Source: an uncultured Actinomycetes bacterium
GTDB lineage: Bacteria > Actinomycetota > Thermoleophilia > RBG-16-64-13
Assembly (NCBI GenBank): GCA_963706025.1
Contig: CAVPLM010000005.1
Location: 800,001-864,000, forward strand
Direction of reading: 5' to 3'
DNA: 64,000 nt
Below the pieces are notes generated by a model. The model was given only the letters and a program-made list of their open reading frames with translations. It was not told the origin of the DNA and did no database searches. The first letter of the stretch is position 1. Every line of letters begins with the position of its first letter. Made by a program: the position numbers and the translations under genes. Shown here one piece after another: positions 1 through 10,721 of the stretch.

Positions 1-553
1 ATCCGGACATCATGGTGCTGGACGTCGATCCCCCGGAAGACGACGCCGCGGCGGCGCGCCCGCCGGCCAGGCCCAGGCACCCGCCGGCGCCGACGCCCCC
101 AAGTCGGCGACGCCCTTCCGGCGGGCGGTAGAGGTGGCCTTCTTGTTGCGCGAGCAGTTGCGCGAGGCTGGGTTGGAAGCAGTGGTCAAGACCTCTGGAA
201 AACGCGGCCTCCATCTGGCCTTCCCGCTCACCGGCGGCCTGGACTACGAAGCCGCCCGTGCTCAGCTCGAGGCGCTATTCGCGGATCTGGCGGCCCGTCA
301 CCCCGCCCTGCTCACCACCCACATCCGCAAGAACAAGCGGGGAGGCCGGGTCTATCTGGACGCTCTACGCATGTCGCCGGGCGCGACCATCGTGCCGCCA
401 TACGTGGCTCGGCCCACGCCCGAGGCGACGGTATCGATGCCCGTCACGTGGGAGGAGTTGGAGACCCTGAGCGACGGGCGGGGTTTCACCATCAAGACGG
501 GCATCGAGCGGCTGGAGAAGACCGGCGATCTGTGGGCCCCCCTGGTCTCGTGA
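1..553 (+). CDS. ligD: LigD-type primase-polymerase domain protein (NHEJ), 5'-partial, one frameshift near 60-130
   Basis: PDIMVLDVDP read from position 3; VKTSGKRGLH, RGGRVYLD and PY..RPTPEATVSMPVTWEEL in ORF 134..553. Confidence 0.8.
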   Translation, partial: SGHHGAGRRSPGRRRRGGAPAGQAQAPAGADAPKSATPFRRAVEVAFLLREQLREAGLEAVVKTSGKRGLHLAFPLTGGLDYEAARAQLEALFADLAARHPALLTTHIRKNKRGGRVYLDALRMSPGATIVPPYVARPTPEATVSMPVTWEELETLSDGRGFTIKTGIERLEKTGDLWAPLVS

Positions 554-601
554 TGGGAGCGGTCCTGTTGCGGCCCCGTTTGGGTCCGAAAGGAGAACGG
601 C

Positions 602-1603
602 GTGAAGATACTGGTTTCGGGGGCCACTGGATTCGTGGGAGGTGTGATCACCAGGCACCTGCTCGACGCGGGCCACAGCGTACGTGCGATGAGCCGATCT
701 ACAGGCAGGGCCATGACCGCCTTCGCCGCGACCGAACCGGGGCGGCGGGCGTTGGCCGACGGACGGCTGACCTTCGTTCAAGCCGACGTGACCAACCCGG
801 CCACTCTCGGCGCAGCCGTGGAGAATGTTGAGGCCGTGATCCAGGCCGCCCAGTTCAGCGGAGCCCCCGTGGAAGACCCCGCCCGGGGACTCACCTACAT
901 GAACGTCGACCGCAACGGCACCCTCAACCTCTTGGGCGCGATCGCCCTCGCGTACGGGATGCCGACCGCAGGGCCGGCCATGGCCCGCTTCCCGGATGGA
1001 GCGCCCCGTTTTCTCTACATGAGCGGCATCGCCGTATCGGCCGATAGTCCCTATACGTGGAACCGGGCCAAGTGGCAGGCGGAGGAGGCCATTCGAGGCA
1101 GCGGCCTGGACTGGACCATCGTGCGCGGCAGTTGGGCGTACGGGCCGGATGACTCCGCCCTCAACCGCATCCTCGGTTACTCCGACTACCTGCCGTTCGT
1201 GCCCATCTTCGGAAGCGGGAATGGTCTGCTGACCCCGGTCTTCGTCGAGGACGTGGGGCGGTTCTTCGCCCTGATCGCCTCAGATCCCGAGAAAGCAGCC
1301 GACACTACCTTCGGCATCGGCGGGCCGGATCTGGTCACCCTGAACGACTTCCTACGGCTCGCGCTGCGGGTGATGGGCCGCCAGAGACCCATCCTTCACA
1401 TCCCCAAGAAGGTGGGGAGACTGCAGGGAGCGTTGATGCAGCACTTCCCAGGGCGCCCGCTCACCCCGGACGCCGTGGATTTCGTGAGCCAGGAGGGGGC
1501 CGCCACCGACGCCGACCGGAAGTTGCTGGCGGAGCGGTTCCCGGAGTTCCAGGTGACACCGGTGAGGGAGGGGCTGGGGAGCTATCTGGGTCCGGCTCGG
1601 TGA
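602..1603 (+). CDS. NAD(P)-binding atypical SDR / NAD-dependent epimerase (NDUFA9-like)
   Basis: N-terminal GATGFVG Rossmann motif; K..AEEAIRGSGLDWTIVR; RBS AGGAG upstream. Confidence 0.85.
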   Translation: MKILVSGATGFVGGVITRHLLDAGHSVRAMSRSTGRAMTAFAATEPGRRALADGRLTFVQADVTNPATLGAAVENVEAVIQAAQFSGAPVEDPARGLTYMNVDRNGTLNLLGAIALAYGMPTAGPAMARFPDGAPRFLYMSGIAVSADSPYTWNRAKWQAEEAIRGSGLDWTIVRGSWAYGPDDSALNRILGYSDYLPFVPIFGSGNGLLTPVFVEDVGRFFALIASDPEKAADTTFGIGGPDLVTLNDFLRLALRVMGRQRPILHIPKKVGRLQGALMQHFPGRPLTPDAVDFVSQEGAATDADRKLLAERFPEFQVTPVREGLGSYLGPAR

Positions 1604-1617
1604 CGAGAAGCGAGCCC

Positions 1618-2648
1618 TTACATCCCCACGTACTTCGCGTATAGCGCCCTGGCCAGCTTCTCGTCCCGGGTGCCTCTGCACGATGGTGCGGCCGTCGTAG
1701 AAGATCACCAGCTCCTGCTCGCCCACCGAGAAGCGCACCATCTGCTCGCTGCCTTCCACCGGTCCGAGAGCAGCCAGGCGCTCCCCGATCTGGGCCAGCG
1801 GCATGCCCACCGCGGCCGCGTTCCAGATCTGGACCGCGTTCTGCCCGCAGAGACTCGTGACCCGGGTGCGAGGCCGGCCCTGGAGGAATTCGTAGGTCCC
1901 TCCACAGGCAGGGCACTCCTCGTTGGCAAATGGGGCCAAGGGAAGTGATTCGAAGGAGCGCGTCCACACGTCGATCACCACCAGGTCGCGGCTCACCGGG
2001 GCTCGTTGTTCGTCGCCGATCAGGATCTTGAGGGCCTCGGCCGCCTCCAATGACCCGACGATCCAGGGGACGGCGTTCACCACCCCGGCCGTATCGCAGG
2101 TGAGCGTGCCACCGGCCGGAGGAGAGCTCACGATACACCGGAAGCAGGGCCGCCCGCCGGGCAGGAAGGTGGCCGTCATGCCCGAGGACCCGATCGCTCC
2201 CCCGTACACCCAGGGGATCCCGTGCTTCAGAGCCACATCGTTGATGAGGAAACGGGCCTCGAAGTTGTCGAGCCCGTCGACGATGACATCCGCGCCCTCC
2301 ACCAGACTTCTCGGCGTTGGTGCGGCTGAAGTCGGCGACCACTCCCTCCACCTGGACGGCGGAGTTGGCCTCCCGCAGGTGCCGCTCGGCGGCGGTCGCC
2401 TTGGGCAGGTTCTCCTCGATGTCGCGCTCGGTGAAGAGGACTTGGCGCTGCAGGTTGTGGTACTCGATGAAGTCGCGGTCGATAACCCGCACTCGGCCCA
2501 CGCCGGCGCGCACCAGCGCGCTCGAGATGACCGTGCCGAGCGCCCCGCAACCCACCACGACGGCAAAACCGGCGGCCAACTTCCGCTGGCCCTCCGGCCC
2601 GATGCCCGCGAAGATGGTCTGCCGCGAGTATCGGTCTAGTTCCTCCAC
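1618..2648 (-). CDS. ThiF/MoeB-family adenylyltransferase (E1-like), about two frameshifts
   Basis: RYSRQ, VVGCGALG, DRDFIEYHNLQRQ, DGLDNF, CFRC and CPAC zinc motifs, LCGQNAVQ; RBS GGAGGAGG before GTG at 2648; TAA at 1618-1620. Confidence 0.9.
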
Positions 2649-2721
2649 GATCCCTCCTCCACGCGCCTCCGCGTCGCTCCCTCGCACGAACGCACCGCGC
2701 GAAAGATCAAGAAGCTATGTC

Positions 2722-2759
2722 AGGCTTGGGCGGCTCTCACGGAGCCGCATCAAAGGCCT
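2722..2759 (-). promoter_or_regulatory. SECIS-like hairpin directly after an in-frame UGA
   Basis: Minus strand AGGC-CTTTG-AT-GCGGCTC-CGTGA-GAGCCGC-C-CAA-GCCT; apical loop starts 17 nt after the UGA with G in position 2; no U-tract follows. Confidence 0.5.
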
Positions 2760-2866
2760 CAGCCACCACCCCCGCCGCCGCCCCCGCTGCGGGCCCTCCC
2801 CACGAAAACGAGGAGAACCACTATCACAACCACTATCACTATGGCTATGTTGGCCGCTGATTCGAT
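2750..2866 (-). CDS. Unannotated small single-TM peptide (M)ESAANIAIVIVVVIVVLLVFVGRARSGGGGGGGG[UGA]GL; candidate selenopeptide
   Basis: Manual translation: hydrophobic run, basic residues, 8 Gly, UGA at 2759-2761, next UGA at 2750-2752; AAGGGG RBS 6 nt before an ATC codon (non-canonical start or ATG error). Confidence 0.6.
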
Positions 2867-2902
2867 CTCGAGCCCCTTCTAAGAGAACGCACAGGTTCAC
2901 AG

Positions 2903-2925
2903 ATACCCACTGGGGTATGGTACCA
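2903..2925 (-). promoter_or_regulatory. CsoR/RicR-type operator overlapping an extended -10 element
   Basis: ATACCC-ACTG-GGGTAT palindrome at 2903-2918; minus-strand TGgTACCAT at 2925-2917. Confidence 0.6.
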
Positions 2926-2935
2926 CTTCCTGCCG

Positions 2936-3322
2936 CTACCAAATCACCTCGACGTCGTATCGGGCTATCTCCGGATCTGCACTCAGCAACGGTAGCCGTT
3001 CAGCGCGACTCTGCGCAACCAGCAGGCGGTCGAACGGGTCGGAGTGGACCGCGGGTAGCTCGTGGACCGCCAGCGCATGTTGCACCTCGACCGCCAAGGC
3101 ACGGAAGCCGTGCAGCGCCAAGCGCTTGAGAACGTACTCCCGTGGCTGCTCAGGTAGGAGCAAACGACCCTTGCCCGCCTTGAGCGCGATCTCCCACGCA
3201 CTGGCCGCGCTGAACCAGATCTCGTTGTCGCCGTCGGCGATGATCTCCCGCACGCGGTCGGAAAGCTGGGGGTCGCCGGTATTCCACCAGAGGAACGCAT
3301 GAGTGTCGAGGAGAGCTCTCAC
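2936..3322 (-). CDS. vapC: PIN-domain toxin (VapC)
   Basis: LLDTHAFLW, SAASAWEI, H.DPFDRLLVAQ, LLSAD motifs. Confidence 0.93.
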   Translation of the reverse strand: MRALLDTHAFLWWNTGDPQLSDRVREIIADGDNEIWFSAASAWEIALKAGKGRLLLPEQPREYVLKRLALHGFRALAVEVQHALAVHELPAVHSDPFDRLLVAQSRAERLPLLSADPEIARYDVEVIW

Positions 3323-3341
3323 CGGACGAAACCTAGTGCTG

Positions 3342-3560
3342 CTATTCGAATTCTGGGAGGGGCAGATCGAAATCGGGCATCATCTGGACCTGACCGGCGT
3401 CGTTGCCGGGTATTCTCCGTTGCCTCGTCGTGTCCACGCGACACAGCATCGCGACCGGCTTGCCGGCTCGGGCGATGACGATCCGCTCCCCGGCTTCGAC
3501 CCGGACCAACAGCTTGGAAAAATGCGTCTTGGCCTCATGGACGTTCACCATGGCACACAT
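3342..3560 (-). CDS. Phd/YefM-family antitoxin
   Basis: VNVHEAKTHFSKLL..VEAGERIVIARAGKPVA; directly upstream of PIN gene. Confidence 0.92.
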   Translation of the reverse strand: MCAMVNVHEAKTHFSKLLVRVEAGERIVIARAGKPVAMLCRVDTTRQRRIPGNDAGQVQMMPDFDLPLPEFE

Positions 3561-3601
3561 GTGAACCCTCCTGAAGGTCCGTCTACCTCCCTCTTCGATC
3601 C

Positions 3602-3625
3602 ATTATAGACTAAGTGGTGGACTAA
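3602..3625 (-). promoter_or_regulatory. TA promoter: -10 TATAAT with two TTAGTC direct repeats
   Basis: Minus strand TTAGTCcaccacTTAGTCTATAAT about 40 bp upstream of the antitoxin. Confidence 0.6.
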
Positions 3626-3776
3626 CATGCGTCGCGTGGTCCCCACCGAACCGACGGCCGGCCCGGCTGGGCCGCGGGCCCGCCAGGACCGTCTGCCGGT
3701 AGCCGGGAGCCACTCGGTATTCTGCCTTGCAGGTATCACGGCGGAATCGGTCCTTGGGAGGAGTCTGGAACCGCGG

Positions 3777-6093
<2,317 letters not shown>

Positions 6094-6222
6094 CTGGACG
6101 GCCTTTCTGGTCCGCTCTCTCGAATGGATCGACCCGGTCGCGCCGGGCTGCTGCGCCTCGCCAGGCGCCCGGACATTCGCCGGCGGTGGGGGCGCCGATC
6201 CGGCGGTCCACATGACGCGAGC

Positions 6223-6685
6223 CTATATGGCATAGTTGATCGCTTCGCATTCATTAGCAGCCCGTTCCTGTTCCACCAGGTCCCCAAAAGTCGTGCCGTC
6301 GTACACGTCCATCATGGCGCGGTGGGCCTTGTCCCACATGGGCAGCAGCACACACCCGGCCCGCAGCGGGCAGTCTCGCCCGTTGCCGCATGCATCGGAG
6401 CCGCTCGGCGCAGTCGATCGCCGACATGGGGCCCTGGATCAGCGCGGATCACTTCGCCCACCGCCAGGTCGCGGGGCGACCGGCCAGGCGATAGCCCCCT
6501 TCCTTGCCCCGCACCGACTCGACGATGCCGGCCTGCCGGAGCTGGCCCAGGATGTTCTCCAGGAAACGCACCGGAATGAACTGGGCTGCGGCGATGTTGG
6601 CCGCCTTGACCGGTCCCGAGCCTTCCTTCTTGGCCAATTCGAACACCGCTCGTACCGCGTATTGAGATTTCTGGGAAAGGACCAT
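6223..6685 (-). CDS. Rrf2-family transcriptional regulator (CymR/IscR-like), frameshifted
   Basis: SQKSQYAVRA, FLENILGQLRQAGIVESVRGKEGGYRL; Cys-rich middle; ends INYAI-TAG at 6223. Confidence 0.88.
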
Positions 6686-6740
6686 GCGCTTCTTCCCGCC
6701 TCCGCTTCGGCCGCTTGAACCGACATGGAGTCATAGGCGT

Positions 6741-6792
6741 ATAACTACACCATTTTGATAGAGATAGTAGACTCACTGCTCGGCGTTGTCAA
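6741..6792 (-). promoter_or_regulatory. Sigma70 promoter with AT-rich Rrf2-type operator
   Basis: TTGACA (6792-6787), 17 bp, TACTAT (6769-6764); overlapping imperfect palindrome ACTA-N17-TAGT. Confidence 0.75.
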
Positions 6793-6933
6793 GGAGCTGC
6801 TTCAATCCAAGGTCGCATTGTTGGACGACACTGCGCCAGATAGCCTGAGGGTAGGGAGAGACTCGTGCTGGATGCACTCGATAGGTCAGTAAATCACTAG
6901 TATATAGGTAACGAAATGCTATATGATGGTCAC

Positions 6934-7158
6934 ATGCCTTCCCTACTGATCAAAGACATACCGCCTGAGCTTCATCAGCGACTTCGTGAAGCGGCCAAGC
7001 GCGATCACCGATCAATGAACCGCGAGGCGATAGCGATATTGGAGGCTGCCCTCAACCCCGGACAGTCGGGAGAACCTGAGCTTCCACCGCCGATCAAGGC
7101 CACATTCCCTCTACGGCCCGACTGGCTGGAACGGGCTCTGGCGGAGGGCCGCAAGTAG
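6934..7158 (+). CDS. Arc/FitA-like ribbon-helix-helix antitoxin, probably leaderless
   Basis: MPSLLIKDIPPELHQRLREAAKRDHRSMNREAIAIL; TATGAT ends 6 nt before ATG 6934. Confidence 0.88.
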   Translation: MPSLLIKDIPPELHQRLREAAKRDHRSMNREAIAILEAALNPGQSGEPELPPPIKATFPLRPDWLERALAEGRK

Positions 7159-7161
7159 ACG

Positions 7162-7572
7162 ATGCTCGTCGTCGATGCCAACGTCGTCGCCTATTTCCTG
7201 GTAGAAGGCGAGAAGACCGACCAGGCACGCCTGCTTCGCTCGATAGATCCTGACTGGCAGGCACCGGCTCTCATCTTCTATGAGATCGCGAGCGTTCTGG
7301 CCCAGTTGGCGAAGCAGGGCGCGATCTCAATCGAAGCCGCTCAGCACGCCTTTGAGACCACACTCGCGCTGGTCACTCCCGTCGAAAGCCAGTGCCTCGG
7401 AGGTCGTACGATAGAGATCGCTGTGAAGCTGGACGTGAGCGCGTCCGACGCCTGCTACCTGGCCACCGCGGAGCTGCTCGGCGCACCCCTGGCTACGGAG
7501 GATGGTCGACTTCTGTGCCTTGCGCCCGAGATTGCTCGAGCTCTAGCCTCCTGGTCAGAGCCTGTCAAGTAA
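7162..7572 (+). CDS. vapC: PIN-domain toxin (VapC)
   Basis: VVDANV, YEIASV, SASDACYLATA, LATED motifs. Confidence 0.88.
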   Translation: MLVVDANVVAYFLVEGEKTDQARLLRSIDPDWQAPALIFYEIASVLAQLAKQGAISIEAAQHAFETTLALVTPVESQCLGGRTIEIAVKLDVSASDACYLATAELLGAPLATEDGRLLCLAPEIARALASWSEPVK

Positions 7573-7612
7573 GTGGTGTCTCCCCGGGGCTGGTGCGGAT
7601 CCGACCACCTCT

Positions 7613-8585
7613 TTAGGCGCCCAGGGAATCGAGCAATCCCGACAACTCCCGCAGGTCGGCCAGCACATGATCGGGGAGCACGCTTCCTCCCTCCCCACGC
7701 ACACGCTTCAGATCGGCCTCGCTCGTGACCCCGGTGAGCACCAACGCCGTGATCATGCCGGCATCTTCTCCCATGGCTATGTCTGTGCTCAGACGGTCTC
7801 CCACGAAGAGGGTCTCGCGAGAAGGGACACCGGTGACCGTCGCAAGGATCTCGGCCAATGCCAGGCCAGGCTTGCCCATGAACACAGGCTCGGTTTCCGC
7901 CGCAGTGGCTACCGCGGCCACCAGCGCGCCCGCCCCGGGAACCAGGCCGTCGGGGGTGGGGAATGTGGGGTCCGGGTTGGTAGCCACGAAAAGAGCGCCG
8001 CTCCTGATTGCCGCCTGCGCCTGGGCCAGCGTCTGGAAGGACAGGGAACGGTCCATGCCCACCACCACCGCGCCGGCCGGCGCGGGCGCCGTCTCGTCAC
8101 AGTCCCCGCCCGGGCCCTTGCCCCGCCGGGCCCTCCGACCTCGCCGGGGCCGACGCCGCCGACGTGATAGGCGGCCAGGCCGGCCTCCCGCAGCTCGCGC
8201 AGGAGCCCGTCCTTCCCCCATGACCATCACCGGGGTCCCCTCGGGCAGGCGCGCGCGCAACCACCGTCCCGCTACGAAGCCGGACGTGAGCACCCGGTCG
8301 GCCCCCGCCGGCAGCCCCATCCCCGCCAGCCGCTCCGAGACCGTCTCCCGATGGGCGGTGGAGTTGTTGCTGACATAGCGGAGATCGAGTCCCCGGCGGA
8401 CCACGTCCTCGAGTGCTTCGCGCGCTCCCGGCAGGACCATGCCGCCCCGGTAGACCACCCCGTCCAGGTCGAGAGCCACCAGCTTGATGCCGGCGCGGGG
8501 CCGGAGACCGGCGCAGGCAGGCCGACGCCGCGGCGGCCGTCTCGACCGCTCCGTGATCGTCCGCCGGCCGTGCGCCGCCACTCAT
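7613..8585 (-). CDS. HAD-IIA hydrolase (NagD-like), local frameshifts
   Basis: LDLDGVVY, VSNNS, ATNPD, GKP, VGDRLSTDI, VLTGV. Confidence 0.88.
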
Positions 8586-9805
8586 CCCGCCAGCCCCAGC
8601 CGGCTCACTACCCGGCCGAGCCCCGTGAACTCGAGGTCGATGGCCGCGTACGGGCACACTTCATGGCAGCAGTAGCAGCGGATGCAGAGGTCGTCGTCCA
8701 CCTTCGCCACCTCCTCGCCTATGCTCATGGCCCCCGTAGGACAGGCCTGCTCACACGAAGCGCAGCGCGTGCAGCGTCCTTTCTTGGGCCGAGGCATGGG
8801 AGTGAACCCTCCCTGCAGAACCCGCCTGGTCAGTATCTCCACGAGCCCTACCGGGCTGTCGCCCCGCTCTCGGGCCTGGCGCGCCGGCAGCAGGAAGTCC
8901 CGCACCTGCAGGTCGACCACCGGCACCCCCAGGGTGTCGACGTCTGCCGCGCGCCCGCTCCACAGGCCCCGCTCACGCGCGGCCACCAGCACCGGCACGG
9001 CCTCCGTGTCGATCCGGGCGACCCGGCAGCAGGCTACGTCCATGGCCACCGTGTCGGTCCCGGCCAACAGGAAGCCGAGGGGCCGGGCCTTGCCGCCGGT
9101 GCCGGGACCCTTCCCCTCCAGGCCGACGACACAGTCCATTATGCTGAGCCGGGGATGGACGAAGGACGCTACGTCCAGCAGCATCTCGCCGAAGCGCACC
9201 GGGTCGGTGAACCTACCGTGATACCCGACCTTATTGAGCCCCGGGATCACGCCGAACAGGTTCTTGGTGGCTCCGGTGAAGGTCTGAAACGTGTGGGTCT
9301 TGAACTTGCACAGGTTGATGATGCCGTCCGCCTTCATGATGGGATCCATCACCTCGAACCGGCGCACTAGACGACCCTCGGGGTACGAGACCGCCTCGTA
9401 GCCCGTATCGAAGTTGAGTTCGAAGCCGTAGCGTTCGGCCGCCTCGCGGTACCCGGCCTTGCGATAGACGCGGTCGATCAAGGTCCGAGTGTGCAGTATC
9501 CCCGAGCCGGGGCTCTCCACCACCACCGGGTGGGCCCCCGCCTCCCGGACCTCCACGGCCACCGCGGCCACCACGGCCGGATGGGTGGTGATGGCCAGCT
9601 CCGGGGCCGTCCCCAGTAGCAGGTTGGGCTTGAGCGCGATGCGCTCGCCCGGCAGCACGAACGCCGCCATGCCCCCGAGCGGGGCCAGCACCCGACGGAG
9701 GGCGGCCCGCACGGCCTCGAACTCGTACTCGGTGCAGCGCGTGGCTACCACCGGCGCCTGTTCCAAGCCGGCGTGCACCTGCGGCGTTCCGGCCTCTGCC
9801 ATCAT
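8582..9805 (-). CDS. DUF362 protein with C-terminal 2x[4Fe-4S] domain
   Basis: LKPNLL, TTHP, KFKTH..TGATKNLFG, GLEGKGP; CTRCASCEQACP and CIRCYCCHEVCP. Confidence 0.9.
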   Translation of the reverse strand: MMAEAGTPQVHAGLEQAPVVATRCTEYEFEAVRAALRRVLAPLGGMAAFVLPGERIALKPNLLLGTAPELAITTHPAVVAAVAVEVREAGAHPVVVESPGSGILHTRTLIDRVYRKAGYREAAERYGFELNFDTGYEAVSYPEGRLVRRFEVMDPIMKADGIINLCKFKTHTFQTFTGATKNLFGVIPGLNKVGYHGRFTDPVRFGEMLLDVASFVHPRLSIMDCVVGLEGKGPGTGGKARPLGFLLAGTDTVAMDVACCRVARIDTEAVPVLVAARERGLWSGRAADVDTLGVPVVDLQVRDFLLPARQARERGDSPVGLVEILTRRVLQGGFTPMPRPKKGRCTRCASCEQACPTGAMSIGEEVAKVDDDLCIRCYCCHEVCPYAAIDLEFTGLGRVVSRLGLAG

Positions 9806-9990
9806 TCCTCCTCATATGGAATCCCCGGGGGTCGACGGTCGCCCCGGTTGCTTGACTCACTTCGTTCGCCCCTGCGGCCGGCGGCCGCGGCGGCGAACTG
9901 CTTCTGCAAGGCTGTTATTCTATCCTGCAATGAGGCAGGCCCGCTCGGGCCGGTCCCTCACAAGCAGCCTGAACAGGAGGTCCACCGCCC

Positions 9991-10716
9991 ATGGCAGCCA
10001 TGACCTTCGCCAGCACACTCCTGGAGAAGATCCCGCGCAGCACCGATACCACCAGCTACCGCTTCTCCCGACCACCGGAGTACGCGTTCGCGGCCGGGCA
10101 GTGGTACACCATAGCCATCCCCTCGGCCGATGGACCGCTCGACCACCACTTCAGCCACGCCGACTCCCCCACCGAGTCGTTCGTGGAGCTGACCACCCGG
10201 CTCACCGGGTCGGAGTTCAAGAACACGCTGGACGCGCTGCCGACAGGTGCGGGGGTGGAGATCGAGGGCCCGTACGGCCGCTTCCTCTTTGGATACGAGA
10301 CCCCCAAGATAGCCTTCCTCACCGGAGGTATCGGGGTCACTCCCGTGCGCAGCATGCTGCGGTATCTCGCCGACACCGACGGCGCCGGGAGGATAGAGGG
10401 GCAAGAACTTGTCGTGTTCTACGGCAGCATGACCGAGGACGGCATCGTCTACAAAGACGAGTTCGACGAGTTCGAGCGCAAGATCGCCGGTCTGCGCGTG
10501 ATCCACGTGATCACCAATCCCACCGAGAGCTGGAAGGGCTACGGCGGGTTCATCACTGCCGAGACTATCCGCGCCGAACTGGCCGATCCCCTGGAATGGA
10601 CCTACTACATCGTGGGGCCGCCGCCCATGATCACCGCCATGGACAAGGTCATGGGGCAGCTGGAGATCCCCAAAGACCAGATCGTCGTCGAGAGCTTCGC
10701 CGGCTATACGTCTTAG
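9991..10716 (+). CDS. Ferredoxin-NADP-reductase-like FAD/NAD(P) oxidoreductase
   Basis: GQWY, EGPYGRF, LTGGIGVTP, YIVGPPPM, ESFAGY. Confidence 0.88.
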   Translation: MAAMTFASTLLEKIPRSTDTTSYRFSRPPEYAFAAGQWYTIAIPSADGPLDHHFSHADSPTESFVELTTRLTGSEFKNTLDALPTGAGVEIEGPYGRFLFGYETPKIAFLTGGIGVTPVRSMLRYLADTDGAGRIEGQELVVFYGSMTEDGIVYKDEFDEFERKIAGLRVIHVITNPTESWKGYGGFITAETIRAELADPLEWTYYIVGPPPMITAMDKVMGQLEIPKDQIVVESFAGYTS

Positions 10717-10721
10717 CGGGC

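Noticed and set aside
2817-2843. AACCACTATCAC tandem repeat as a regulatory or CRISPR-like repeat
   Set aside because: Explained by Val/Ile codons of the small peptide on the minus strand.
2715-2942. 75-aa ORF in the track (MVAAGSG...)
   Set aside because: It starts inside vapC and has no recognisable features; a different frame gives the coherent TM peptide.
6094-6222. Possible SAM/SAH riboswitch upstream of metY
   Set aside because: GC-rich stems are present but I could not match the conserved core motifs; an Rfam scan would settle it.
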